Below are positions 16,512-27,600 of a stretch of DNA of 64,000 nt, piece after piece (the first letter of the stretch is position 1; each line of letters begins with the position of its first letter). A program made the translations under genes and the position numbers. A model generated the notes under the pieces. The model was given only the letters and a program-made list of their open reading frames with translations. It searched no databases and was not told where the DNA came from. Source of the stretch: Patescibacteria group bacterium (GTDB lineage: Bacteria > Patescibacteriota > JACPGU01). The DNA lies in contig JAKLDG010000001.1 in NCBI GenBank assembly GCA_022703645.1, positions 274,814-338,813 on the forward strand, in the 5' to 3' direction.

Positions 16512-16645
16512 GTGCGAAAGTGAATAAAGTCACTGTATCAACAATAAAAAATATGTCAGAAAACCTAATTCTGCAAAACCAGTTTTTCTGCCAAGAGGAA
16601 AAATTTTCTCTCATGATTTTATCACTTAAAAATAAGGTAAGTTAG

Positions 16646-16679
16646 CATCGGCGTCTACAAGCGCCGATTTTTTTTAATT
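16646..16679 (+). terminator. Intrinsic terminator-like hairpin in the rSAM operon leader (possible attenuator)
   Basis: gcatcggcg-tctacaa-gcgccgat followed by a T-run, 55 nt upstream of the rSAM start. Confidence 0.5.
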
Positions 16680-16735
16680 TTAATTTAAAAGTGAATACCA
16701 GTTGTAACTTAAAAATTTAATAAAGGAGGAATAAA

Positions 16736-18094
16736 ATGAATTCAATAGGCGCTATCAGTGTACCTTCGAAGATTGAGGGAATTTATCAGGATGACGTAAA
16801 TGGTTTTTTATTGGTTTGCAACCCTCTTGATATGAACGGTATCCATGTTCTTGATAATCGAACAACAAAAATTTTTAACCTTTGTTGCGGATTGAAGTCA
16901 ATTGCTGAAATATCGTTTCAATGTGAAGAAGATATCAATTATACAAGCGCTGTGGTAAATGCGCTGTATGAAAAGGGAATTATTAGGATAGGTGATACAT
17001 CTATCGCATCATTTTCAAAAAAACATTTAAAAAAACAACTCGATTCTTGGTTTCATATAACGAACAATTGTAATTTAGCATGTAAATATTGTTACATTAA
17101 TAGGACTAATGAATCGATGAGTTTTGAGACCGCAAAAAAGGCGATTGATAGTTTGATCGCTAGCGCTGTATTATATGGAAAAACTTCGATTCGAGTAAAA
17201 TTTGCAGGAGGTGAGCCGCTTCTTGAGTTCCCCTTGATCAAAAGGATTGTTTCTTACGCGCGTTGGGCAGGAGATACGAAGGGTGTTGATTTCATCTTTA
17301 ATATTATTACAAATGGTACTCTTATATCGAAAGATATCTCAGAATATATTAAATCTGAGGAAATGTCAGTTTCTGTTTCGTTGGATGGCATTGGGGAATA
17401 CCATAACTGTCAAAGAGGCGGTTTTTCAAGAGTTGAAAGGGGCATAACAGTGTTGCAAGATAATGAGGTTATTCCAAGTATTTTGGTGACAGTTTCGGAG
17501 TTAAGTCTAATGGGGTTACCTGCGCTGACAGAATACCTCTTGGATAGAGGACTACCCTTCCGATTTAGTTTATTTAGGGAGCTGGAGGTTCGAAATGATA
17601 GCCCCATCAAAAGCGATGACAATTTTAACCATAGAGTCATAACAACGCTTCATCAATGTTACGACATTATCGAAACCATGCTTCCTAAAAAAGAACTACC
17701 GCAATTTCATAAACTTTGTGATATCGATATTACAAGAAAAAGGATGCGGAACTGCGGGATTGGTAGTAATGGAGTAGTTGTTGGGCATAATGGGCAAATA
17801 GCTATTTGCCAAGCTCTGTTGGATCATCCAGTTGGAACGGTCTTTAGCGGTGACCCTTTAACACTCGTAAGAAACCAGAGCGAATATAAAATAGGCTCAT
17901 ATTCGGTTGATAAAAACACGGAATGCAATTCTTGCATATGGAGGTATGTCTGTACGGGTGGTTGTCCGCTACTCACTACATTAAAAAATGGTAGCTTTAG
18001 TGCAAGATCACCTTTTTGTGAAGTGTTTAAAGAAATGATTCCAAGGCTGTTACGTATTCACGGGCTTCAGATAATTAACAAAAATTCCAAATGA
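16736..18094 (+). CDS. Radical SAM/SPASM-domain peptide-modifying enzyme
   Basis: CNLACKYCY (CxxxCxxC), a C-terminal Cys-rich SPASM-like region (CNSCIWRYVCTGGCP...CEVF), an ~90-aa N-terminal extension that may be an RRE, and a strong RBS aaaggagg. Confidence 0.8.
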   Translation: MNSIGAISVPSKIEGIYQDDVNGFLLVCNPLDMNGIHVLDNRTTKIFNLCCGLKSIAEISFQCEEDINYTSAVVNALYEKGIIRIGDTSIASFSKKHLKKQLDSWFHITNNCNLACKYCYINRTNESMSFETAKKAIDSLIASAVLYGKTSIRVKFAGGEPLLEFPLIKRIVSYARWAGDTKGVDFIFNIITNGTLISKDISEYIKSEEMSVSVSLDGIGEYHNCQRGGFSRVERGITVLQDNEVIPSILVTVSELSLMGLPALTEYLLDRGLPFRFSLFRELEVRNDSPIKSDDNFNHRVITTLHQCYDIIETMLPKKELPQFHKLCDIDITRKRMRNCGIGSNGVVVGHNGQIAICQALLDHPVGTVFSGDPLTLVRNQSEYKIGSYSVDKNTECNSCIWRYVCTGGCPLLTTLKNGSFSARSPFCEVFKEMIPRLLRIHGLQIINKNSK

Positions 18095-18110
18095 AAGGAG
18101 GTGAATCGTT

Positions 18111-18230
18111 ATGGCAGCAGAACTCGGGATTTTTTCAAGTAGCTCAAATGCAGGGATGACCACTCAGTGTCTCGATGAGTGTACATCCCCCGTAGATTGC
18201 GATTGCGACTGCACTGACGCCGACGACTAA
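18111..18230 (+). CDS. Candidate RiPP precursor peptide (39 aa; not in the ORF track)
   Basis: MAAELGIFSSSSNAGMTTQCLDECTSPVDCDCDCTDADD. RBS ggaggtg 9 nt upstream. It starts 17 nt after the rSAM stop. A terminator follows at 18265-18296. Confidence 0.5.
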   Translation: MAAELGIFSSSSNAGMTTQCLDECTSPVDCDCDCTDADD

Positions 18231-18264
18231 GAAAAACCGGGCGAATATTTCAGAAATTCAAATA

Positions 18265-18296
18265 AAAACCCTATTTGTTCGCAAATAGGGTTTTTT
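18265..18296 (+). terminator. Intrinsic terminator after the precursor peptide
   Basis: aaaaccctatttgttcgcaaatagggtttttt. Confidence 0.7.
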
Positions 18297-18332
18297 ATTG
18301 TATAATAGACAGTAACAATAAATAATAAATTT

Positions 18333-19046
18333 ATGAAACCAAAAATATCTTTTAAATATTCGTTAGAAAAAGACGCAGAAAACTGGATTTATAAAATTAT
18401 TGGTACTGAAAAAGGGTTTATATCAGTAGAAGATACTCATTCGTACTATACGGAAAATATTCTTGAAGGATTAAAAAAAGCCAAAGATAAAAAAGAAGCT
18501 TTGGCGTTTATGATTCAAAAAATTAAATCACCAAAAAATTCTGAAATAAAATTTTTAGCAATTCATGAAAATATTAAAACATTAGAAAAAATTTGGAAGA
18601 CAATTCAAGGCGACTATTTTGATATTTTGAGTAAAATACTAAAAGCACCACTTTATCGCGGTGGTTTTATATCTTATTTATCAACTTTTACATTATGTCG
18701 TTCCAATGTCGAAGAAGGTTATTTCTATATTAGTACTTGGGGCAATATCTCTAGTCAAATTAATATAATTTTTCATGAAATGCATCATATGCAATTTCTA
18801 TCAGTCTATCGCAAGACTCTTGAGGAATCAGGTTTGTCTGAAAATCAGATTCAAAACCTTAAAGAAGCTTTAACATTTCAGCTCAATGAAAAAGATTTTC
18901 AAGCAATAACTCTTTTACCCGATCGTGGTTACCCGCAACATAAAGATTTTCGAAAAAAATTAAAAAAGATTTGGGATAAAGAAGGTGATTTTAAATTATT
19001 CTTGCCTAAGGCCATAGAACTAACAAAGAAAATAATTAAGAAATAA
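18333..19046 (+). CDS. Hypothetical protein with a HEXXH motif (possible zinc peptidase)
   Basis: 237 aa. The only motif seen is IFHEMHHMQF. Confidence 0.4.
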   Translation: MKPKISFKYSLEKDAENWIYKIIGTEKGFISVEDTHSYYTENILEGLKKAKDKKEALAFMIQKIKSPKNSEIKFLAIHENIKTLEKIWKTIQGDYFDILSKILKAPLYRGGFISYLSTFTLCRSNVEEGYFYISTWGNISSQINIIFHEMHHMQFLSVYRKTLEESGLSENQIQNLKEALTFQLNEKDFQAITLLPDRGYPQHKDFRKKLKKIWDKEGDFKLFLPKAIELTKKIIKK

Positions 19047-19049
19047 ACA

Positions 19050-19085
19050 AGATTTATAAAGAACCACTAGTTACACTAGTGGTTC
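19050..19085. terminator. Bidirectional terminator between convergent genes
   Basis: aaagaaccactagttacactagtggttctttt. Confidence 0.7.
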
Positions 19086-19092
19086 TTTTATA

Positions 19093-19797
19093 TTATATTG
19101 ATTCTTTCTCTTTCATTTTCAACTTTCTCTTTATCCCAACCCCGATTTCTTTTCCAACTTCTTTATACATTTTCCCTCTATGTTTAAGTCCTTTTTCAAT
19201 TCCCATTTTTTGCTCTTTCATGAGGTGCCCTACTCCGGGAAGGAAAACCTTCATTGATTTCGCGCCTTTTTTCTTAAAATGATTTTTCAGAGCGATTTCA
19301 ACTCCAAACCGGCTATTTTTTATATTGGCGTCTTCGATTAGATACTTCCAGAAAGCCTGTTGTCCGGAGAGATTTGAACCCGTAACTTGAATGAAAGTCA
19401 TCCACCATCTTTTTTTATGCGCGATTATTCCGATACACACATCCGATTGTTTTTCGATTATTGGCATAAGAAGTTTCTCGATGTGGGGTTTTTCGATTCC
19501 AACCAGATCCGCATCTAACATTACAATAATATCTCCAGTTGCATGCTGTAAACCATGCCAGACAGCCCCTCCTTTTCCGACATTGTGTTCCAAGTCAACA
19601 AAAATAATACCTTTCTCATTCCGAAGGATTTCGTAAGTTCCATCTATTGAGCCATCATTAACCACAATTATCTCGTGAAAAATATCACTTTCCTTGGCCG
19701 AATTGATCACTTGTTTGATGGTTAACTCTTCATTGTATGCAGGAATTATGCAGGAAATTCTTTCCATTTGATTTTCATTATATATTAAAAGACTCAA
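19093..19797 (-). CDS. Family 2 glycosyltransferase (dolichyl/polyprenyl-phosphate sugar transferase-like)
   Basis: CIIPAYNEE...VVNDGSIDGT...MLDADL (DxD). Confidence 0.75.
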   Translation of the reverse strand: MSLLIYNENQMERISCIIPAYNEELTIKQVINSAKESDIFHEIIVVNDGSIDGTYEILRNEKGIIFVDLEHNVGKGGAVWHGLQHATGDIIVMLDADLVGIEKPHIEKLLMPIIEKQSDVCIGIIAHKKRWWMTFIQVTGSNLSGQQAFWKYLIEDANIKNSRFGVEIALKNHFKKKGAKSMKVFLPGVGHLMKEQKMGIEKGLKHRGKMYKEVGKEIGVGIKRKLKMKEKESI

Positions 19798-19919
19798 AAT
19801 ACAATGGAAAATTTTCTTGCAAAAAAATGATTGTTATGCTAATATATTTTGGCCAAAGCAGTTCCTTAATAGCTTGTTTGATTTTAATCACAAAAATATA
19901 ATGAAAAGGAGAAAAGCGG

Positions 19920-20153
19920 ATGAATCAAAACGTTGGTGCGGAAAAATTTCATCCGGTATCTGGCAAGTACGCGACATGGATCGACCCGAATGGAAAAATG
20001 ATTCACTGCGTGATACTATGCCCTGATGATTTCGATGAAGATGGGGATCCCGCGTTCAAAATCAAAGACATCGACAATGAATACGCGCCATACATCAAAG
20101 TAAAAGCCAAAGAGCTTAGTCCTAGCGCCAGGCCAAAACTATTTTCAACTTAA
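19920..20153 (+). CDS. Hypothetical small protein, 77 aa
   Basis: RBS aaaggag. Promoter-like TTGCAA-17-TAATAT at about 19817. Terminator at 20196-20232. Confidence 0.4.
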   Translation: MNQNVGAEKFHPVSGKYATWIDPNGKMIHCVILCPDDFDEDGDPAFKIKDIDNEYAPYIKVKAKELSPSARPKLFST

Positions 20154-20228
20154 CGTTTCAGAACCGTTTCAATTTAAATTGGATGGAATAATTAAAAGAA
20201 CCCGCTCTTATGAGCGGGTTTAAATTTT

Positions 20229-20687
20229 TTATTGATGCGTTTTTATATACTCTCTCCAATTTTTTCTGATCCATCTTTTCTGAAACTTCAGAATATCTCC
20301 AAATCCGCGGTCTTTCAGCTCTTGATCAATGATGCCACCAGCATGGGGATTGCGGAAACTTTTTGGTCGCATGGAATTAAATCCATGAACAAAATGGCAA
20401 AATTCATGAGCCAGAATTCCTTCCACGACTGTTTCTGGAATATCTTCACGCGCGAAATAACCGTTGATTGTAATAATACTAACCACTTCATCGGCGTTTA
20501 AAAACTTCATTTTGCGCCGGTCTAGCTGCATACGTTTATTCGCTTTTTCGCGAATAGCAATAGAGCCCAGACGGGTACGATTCGCTCGTCCGAACTTTAC
20601 CTCGATCTCATTACCATCGATAATATCCGAAAAATATGTCTGATGGATGAAAATTAATTTTTCAGTTAACCATGTGTTGTCTCTCAC
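20229..20687 (-). CDS. SprT-like zinc metallopeptidase domain protein
   Basis: HEFCHFVHG is a HEXXH motif in a ~150-aa protein. Confidence 0.5.
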   Translation of the reverse strand: MRDNTWLTEKLIFIHQTYFSDIIDGNEIEVKFGRANRTRLGSIAIREKANKRMQLDRRKMKFLNADEVVSIITINGYFAREDIPETVVEGILAHEFCHFVHGFNSMRPKSFRNPHAGGIIDQELKDRGFGDILKFQKRWIRKNWREYIKTHQ

Positions 20688-20868
20688 GATGTTGGTCGGT
20701 TAATTAATATTTAATTGGGTATTGGGGATTAAAAAATCGATTGGGCATTGATCATTGGATATTGGTCATTATAAACTATTTTCATCTAAAATAAATAATA
20801 AATTTTGATGATTATTTTAGATGAGAGCATTTATTGCAGATCGAAATGCTCCTGTGGAAAAAAGGTTA

Positions 20869-20896
20869 TTGACACCCTTTTTATATATGCTATATT
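20869..20896 (+). promoter_or_regulatory. Promoter upstream of rpoB (TTGACA-16-TATATT)
   Basis: ttgacaccctttttatatatgctatatt. Confidence 0.5.
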
Positions 20897-20967
20897 AGTT
20901 GTGTGAACAATTTGTTCGAACTAATCCAAAATTAAGGTAATAACCACTTACCCCATTTGTTTTTTTC

Positions 20968-23900
20968 ATGATGGTGGAAGATTTTTTTATGAGCTCTAAA
21001 ACTGTTTTAAAAAGAAAATATTTCCAACCAATTAATGAGGCTATAACGCCTCCTAATTTGATTGAAGTGCAAACTGATTCTTATGATTGGTTTTTGCGCG
21101 AGGGGCTCAAAGAAATCTTTGCGGAATTAAACCCAGTCGAAGACTTCATCGGTAAAAACTTAGAGCTAAACTTTCTCGACTATAATGTAGAGGCTCCAAA
21201 ATATTCCGAAGAAGCTGTACGACAGAGAAACCTTACTTATCGCGCTCCTGTGCGATGCAAGGTTCAATTGGTAAATAAAAATACCGGCGAGATAAAAGAA
21301 CAAAATATTTTCCTTGGTGATTTTCCTTTAATGACATCTCAGGGTACTTTTATTATTAATGGTGTTGAAAGAGTTGTTGTTTCTCAGCTTGTAAGAGCTC
21401 CCGGTGTATTATTCACTTCCGACAATACTGCCGGATTTGATTATTTTGGCGCAAAGATTATTCCAGAAAGAGGCGCCTGGCTTGAATTTGAGACCAGCGC
21501 CAAGAACGTTATATATGTAAAGATCGATCGCAAAAGAAAAATTCCTTTTACAACGCTCCTGCGATCATTTGGCTTTGGCAAGAATGAAGAAATTTATTCG
21601 CTATTTGCTGATGTCAATACAGACCCAGATAGAAATTATGTCAAAGCATCACTGGAAAAGGATCCAGCAAACTCAGTTGATACGGGTATTCTTGAAGTAT
21701 ATAAAAGGATTAGACCAGGAGATTTAGCAACAGTAGAGAATGCGAAAACTTTAATTGATAATACATTTTTTAATTTCCGCAGATATGACATGAGTAAGAT
21801 TGGGAGATACAAAATTAATAAGAGGTTGAAACTTGAAACACCAAACGATATAGAGCATCGAGTACTACAGAGAGAAGACGTAATCGCGATTTTAAAAGAA
21901 ATAATGAGGCTCAATAATGATCCAAATGCTGTAGCGGATGATATTGATAACTTGAAAAACAGACGCGTTCGGGCGGTGGGCGAATTAGTTGCCAAAAAAG
22001 TACGCGTAGGGTTCTTAAGAGTAGAAAGAAACATTAAGGATAGAATGAGTGTGGTTGATATTAATAGCGCGACTCCTGCGCAGTTGATTAACGTACGGCC
22101 TATTACAGCTTCATTACAGGAATTTTTTGCCAGCTCACAATTATCTCAATTCATGGATCAAGTAAATCCACTAAGCGAGCTGGAACATAAGAGAAAATTA
22201 ACCGCTACCGGTCCTGGAGGGTTAACGCGTGAAAGAGCAGGATTTGAAGTTCGTGATGTACATGTGTCTCACTATGGCAGACTTTGCCCTATTGAGTCTC
22301 CAGAGGGACCAAGTATTGGTTTGATTTCCTATTTTTCAACATTTGCGCGAGTAAATGAATATAATTTTATTGAAACGCCTTACATTTGGATACAAAGAAA
22401 GGCAAAAAACGACGGTAAAGAAACTATTGGCCACTATATTCGTACTGATATAACGGATGAAAAAGGAAAGATAGTTGCCAAAGACGGTGAAAAGATTACC
22501 AAAGAATTGGCTGAAAAATTAAAGAAATTACCACAAGATAAAATCAGAATTAAGCCTCGCGTAACCGGTGAAGTCGTTTATCTTGACGCTGGTGAAGAAG
22601 AGACAACAGTTATCGCGCAGGCAAACGCAAAAGTTGATGAACGAGGATATTTTACAGAAAAAAGAATTGCTGCCCGAAATCGCGGCGAACCGGACGTAGT
22701 ATCGGAAGAAAAAATTGACTATATGGACGTTTCTCCACGCCAAGTTGTTTCTGTTGCTACAGCCCTAATTCCATTTATCGAGCACGACGAGTTAAAAAGA
22801 GCGTTGATGGGATCAAACATGTTACGTCAAGCCGTACCTCTCGTGAAGCCGGACTCGCCAATCGTGGGAACTGGTATGGAAGGAGTAGTTGCGGCAAATT
22901 CGGGCGAAATGTTGGTTGCTGAAGGTGAAGGAAAAGTTTCTTCAGCAAATAGCAATGAAGTGATTGTTAATTATAAAGATGGAACAAATAAATCATACCA
23001 CCTAAAGAAGTTTATCCGCTCTACAACCGGGACTTGCATTAACCAGAGAATCAATGTTGATGTCGGTGATAAGGTTGAAAAAGGAACGATATTATCTGAT
23101 AGTTATGCTACTGAAAACGGCGAAATCGCATTGGGCAAAAACGTTTTGATTGCATTTATGCCATGGGGTGGTTATAACTTTGAGGATGCTATCATTATTA
23201 GTGAAAAATTAATTCACAGAGACGGATTCTCTTCAATTCACATTGAGCATCATGAAGTAGAAGTCCGTGACACAAAACTTGGACCGGAAATAATCACTCG
23301 CGATATTCCAAATGTTGGTGACGAAGCTTTGAAAAATCTTGACGGAGAAGGAATCATCCGAATCGGAGCTGAGATAAAAGCCGGTGATATTCTTGTTGGT
23401 AAAATTACTCCAAAAGGTGAAACAGAATTAACTCCAGAAGAAAGACTGCTTCGTGCGATATTCGGCGAGAAAGCCAGAGATGTTAAAGACGTATCGCTGA
23501 AGCTTCCTCACGGTGAATACGGAAAGGTAGTTGGTATCAAAGAATTTAGTCGCGACTATGGCGATGAATTGCCAACGGGAGTTATAAAAAGAATCCAAGT
23601 TGCGGTAGCGCAATTCCGCAAGATTTCAGTTGGAGATAAAATGGCAGGACGTCACGGTAACAAAGGTATTGTAAGTAAAATTATGCCAGTTGAAGATATG
23701 CCGATGTTGGCTGACGGTACGCCGATTGATATAGTTTTAAATCCTTTAGGCATTATCTCGCGTATGAATGTGGGCCAGCTTCTTGAAACTCACCTGGGCT
23801 ATGCAGCAAGTATTTTAGGATATAAAGTTGCTTCACCAGTTTTCTCGGGAGTTACGGTAGAACAAATCGGACAGGAATTAATCAAGGCAGGTAAAGCAGA

Positions 23901-24603
23901 AGATGGCAAAGAGCAATTATTTGACGGGCGAACAGGAGAGCCATTCCAACAAAGAACCACAGTCGGTATCATGTATATGATGAAATTACATCACTTAGTT
24001 GATGATAAAATTCACGCCCGATCTATTGGTCCGTACTCATTGGTAACGCAGCAACCTTTGGGAGGTAGAGCGCAATTCGGCGGCCAGAGATTTGGAGAAA
24101 TGGAAGTGTGGGCGCTCGAGGGTTATGGCGCGGCGCATACATTACAGGAAATGTTAACTATTAAATCCGACGATGTTTGGGGCAGACGTAAAGCATATGA
24201 ATCAATTATCAAAAATGAAGAGATAAGAAAGCCTTCAATTCCCGAATCATTTAATGTATTAGTAAAAGAATTAGAAGCTTTAGGATTATCAGTTGATCTG
24301 ATTCGCAAGAGTGAGGGTGGAGGATTGGAAATCGTTGACGCGGAGTTGGCTTCTGATATGGAAATGAGAAAAATTCAAGAAGAAAATGCCTTTGTCGATG
24401 AAGAAACTCTTGTAGAGGAGTTAAAAGATATCACTGGCGCTGCTTTGCATGAAGAATTGGAAGGAGGGTTGGATATCGGCGAGGGAGAAGATTTCCCGAC
24501 CGAAGAGGAGATTCTTGAAGAAGGAGTAGAAGGTGAAGACGAAGTCCCGCTCGACGAAGCAGGATTGAATGAATTTGAAGATGAGATGGGGATAGCGGAA
24601 TAA
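20968..24603 (+). CDS. rpoB: DNA-directed RNA polymerase subunit beta
   Basis: 1211 aa with conserved beta regions throughout and an acidic C-terminal tail. The start could instead be the ATG at 20989. Confidence 0.95.
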   Translation: MMVEDFFMSSKTVLKRKYFQPINEAITPPNLIEVQTDSYDWFLREGLKEIFAELNPVEDFIGKNLELNFLDYNVEAPKYSEEAVRQRNLTYRAPVRCKVQLVNKNTGEIKEQNIFLGDFPLMTSQGTFIINGVERVVVSQLVRAPGVLFTSDNTAGFDYFGAKIIPERGAWLEFETSAKNVIYVKIDRKRKIPFTTLLRSFGFGKNEEIYSLFADVNTDPDRNYVKASLEKDPANSVDTGILEVYKRIRPGDLATVENAKTLIDNTFFNFRRYDMSKIGRYKINKRLKLETPNDIEHRVLQREDVIAILKEIMRLNNDPNAVADDIDNLKNRRVRAVGELVAKKVRVGFLRVERNIKDRMSVVDINSATPAQLINVRPITASLQEFFASSQLSQFMDQVNPLSELEHKRKLTATGPGGLTRERAGFEVRDVHVSHYGRLCPIESPEGPSIGLISYFSTFARVNEYNFIETPYIWIQRKAKNDGKETIGHYIRTDITDEKGKIVAKDGEKITKELAEKLKKLPQDKIRIKPRVTGEVVYLDAGEEETTVIAQANAKVDERGYFTEKRIAARNRGEPDVVSEEKIDYMDVSPRQVVSVATALIPFIEHDELKRALMGSNMLRQAVPLVKPDSPIVGTGMEGVVAANSGEMLVAEGEGKVSSANSNEVIVNYKDGTNKSYHLKKFIRSTTGTCINQRINVDVGDKVEKGTILSDSYATENGEIALGKNVLIAFMPWGGYNFEDAIIISEKLIHRDGFSSIHIEHHEVEVRDTKLGPEIITRDIPNVGDEALKNLDGEGIIRIGAEIKAGDILVGKITPKGETELTPEERLLRAIFGEKARDVKDVSLKLPHGEYGKVVGIKEFSRDYGDELPTGVIKRIQVAVAQFRKISVGDKMAGRHGNKGIVSKIMPVEDMPMLADGTPIDIVLNPLGIISRMNVGQLLETHLGYAASILGYKVASPVFSGVTVEQIGQELIKAGKAEDGKEQLFDGRTGEPFQQRTTVGIMYMMKLHHLVDDKIHARSIGPYSLVTQQPLGGRAQFGGQRFGEMEVWALEGYGAAHTLQEMLTIKSDDVWGRRKAYESIIKNEEIRKPSIPESFNVLVKELEALGLSVDLIRKSEGGGLEIVDAELASDMEMRKIQEENAFVDEETLVEELKDITGAALHEELEGGLDIGEGEDFPTEEEILEEGVEGEDEVPLDEAGLNEFEDEMGIAE

Positions 24604-24649
24604 TTGAGGAAAATTTCATAAACATTTAGAAAAAATAAAATATATTGTT

Positions 24650-27600
24650 ATGAATGAGAATTTAAATGAGAAGATGATAGACTTTGACGCGATAAAGATT
24701 TCTTTGGCAAGTCCTGAAGATATATTGTCGTGGTCTCATGGCGAGGTAACCAAGCCTGAAACCATCAACTATCGGACGCAAAAACCAGAGAAAGATGGTC
24801 TTTTTTGCGAAAGAATTTTCGGTCCTACAAAAGACTGGGAATGTTATTGCGGTAAATATAAGAAAATCAGATACAAAGGCATTATTTGCGACAAGTGTGG
24901 AGTCCAAGTAACTCGATCTTTGGTTCGTCGCGAGAGAATGGGCCATATCAAATTAGCAGCTCCAGTTACTCACATTTGGTACTTACGTTCTGTCCCGTCT
25001 AGAATCGGTCTTTATCTTGGGTTGTCTGTCAGGGATCTAGAAAAAGTGGTTTATTTTGCCGGTTTTATCGTTAGTTCAGTAAATGAAAAAGCTCGAACAA
25101 AAATTTTGGAGAATATTAAAGACGAATACGAAACATTTAAAAAAGAAATTGATAAAGAATTTGATAAAAAGAAAAAAGGCTTAGAAAAAGAGGTTTCTGA
25201 ATATATTAAAGCAAATCCAGGGACGGACAAAAAAACTGCTGAAGGAAAAGTACAAAACGAATTTAAACAATGGCAGAAAGAGATGGAAGAAAAGAAATCA
25301 GAAATGGCTACGGCATTCGACGAAGCAAAGATTGATATTAATTCCATCAAGAAATATAGCGTTATTTCTGAAGGAAAATACATGGATCTATCTCGCAAAT
25401 ACGGGGATTTCTTTGAAGCTGGGATAGGCGCGGAAGCAATATTGAAATTAATCAAAGAAATAAACCTTAATGACCTTGCAAAAGAACTCGAAGAAGAACG
25501 CGACAAATCAGTAGGTCAAAGAAGAAAGAAGGTTTTGAAAAGATTAAGATTTATCAAGGGTTTCCAAAAAGCCGAAATTGATCCATCATGGATGGTTTTG
25601 ACTCATATAGCTGTAATGCCGCCAGATCTGCGTCCAATGGTTCAGCTTGATGGAGGACGTTTTGCGACATCTGATATTAATGATCTATATCGTAGAGTAA
25701 TTAATAGAAATAATAGACTGAAGAAATTACAAGAGTTGCGCGCTCCGGAAATCATTCAAAGAAATGAAAAACGAATGCTTCAGGAAGCAGTTGATGCTTT
25801 GATTGGCAATGATAGCCAGCGCGGCAAGACGAATCTTGCTGCCGGTAAGAAGAAATACAAATCATTATCTGAATCTCTAAAGGGTAAACAAGGACGCTTC
25901 CGTCAAAATCTTCTCGGAAAACGTGTTGACTACTCAGGTCGATCCGTAATCGTAGTGGGTCCCAATTTGAAACTTGACGAATGCGGTGTTCCAAAGAGTA
26001 TCGCTTTAGAGTTATTTAAACCATTTATAATTTCAGAATTAATCGCAAAAGGATTTACACATAGCGCCAAAAATGCTGCGAAAATGATTGATGGCAGTTC
26101 TCCCGAAGTATGGGATATTTTGGAAGATGTTACCAAAAAATACTATGTTCTTCTAAACCGTGCTCCAACACTGCACAGACTTGGTATCCAAGCTTTCAAA
26201 GTGGTTTTGATCGAAGGTAAAGCAATCCAGATTCATCCATTGGTATGTTCGCCATTTAACGCTGATTTTGACGGTGATCAGATGGCTATTCACTTACCAT
26301 TATCACGTCAGGCGCAAGAAGAAGCGCGCGATATTATGGTTTCTTCAAAAAACCTACTAAAACCTTCTGATGGTTCTCCATCAGTGACACCTTCGCTCGA
26401 TATTGTACTGGGTTGTTATTACATTACAACATTTGAAAATGGCGTAAAAGGCGAAGGTAAATATTTTTCAGACAGCTCGGAAGCGATGTTAGCATTTTAT
26501 CGAGATAATATTCACATCAGAGCAAAAGTAAAACTAAAGATTAACTCCGAAGTTATTGAAACAACGATCGGTAGAATTATTTTTAATGAAATAGTTCCGG
26601 AAGAGCTTGGATTTCTCAATCAAGATATGGACAAGAAAAACTTGGAAAAAGTAATCTCCCGTTCTTTTAAAGAATTAGGAATCGAAAAAACAGCTGTTTT
26701 TGTAGATGATATAAAACGTATTGGTATGCAATATGTTACAATGTCAGGCCTTACATTATCAATTTCTGATATGAAAATTCCGGAAGCTAAGTCCATGTTA
26801 ATTGAAGAAGCAGAAAAGAAAGTCGACGAGATTGACGGTCAGTATAAAAGAGGTTTGATCACTGCGAATGAAAAATACCTGAAGAATATTGAGATTTGGA
26901 CTTCAACCAAAGAAGCTATTGAAGTAGAAATGTTGAAAGGATTTGATGAGAAAAATCCTTTGAGTTTGATGTTTACATCAAAGGCCAGAGGAAGTCGTGA
27001 CCAAGTTTCGCAGGTGGTTGCAATGAGAGGTCTGCTTCAGGATACTGGTGGTAACATCATTGAATTACCAGTGAAATCAAACTTTAAAGAAGGTTTGACG
27101 GTTTTAGAATACTTTATTTCTTCCCATGGCGCACGTAAGGGACTTACTGATACGGCTTTGAGAACATCCGATTCAGGTTATTTAACGCGACGTATGGTGG
27201 ATGTTGCGCAAGAAGTTATAGTATCTGAGCCTGATTGTGGTACTGATGAAGGAATGGAATTCTCCAGAACAGAGCTCACAGCAAATAAAGAATCAATCCA
27301 AAGACGTCTTGATGGTAGAATATTGCTTGATGATATCAAAGACAAGAAAGGCAAAGTCCTAATTAATCGCGGCGAAGAATTGACTCCTACTAAAATTGAA
27401 ATGATTTTTGCTTCTGATGTTACAAATATAAAGGTTAGGTCACCTCTAAATTGTAAGAGCGCATGGGGAATCTGTCAGGCTTGTTACGGAAGAGATCTCG
27501 CGCGCGGAAGATTGGTAAAATTAGGTGAAGCGGCAGGTATTATCGCTGCTCAATCTATTGGTGAACCGGGAACGCAGTTGACAATGAGAACCTTCCACGC

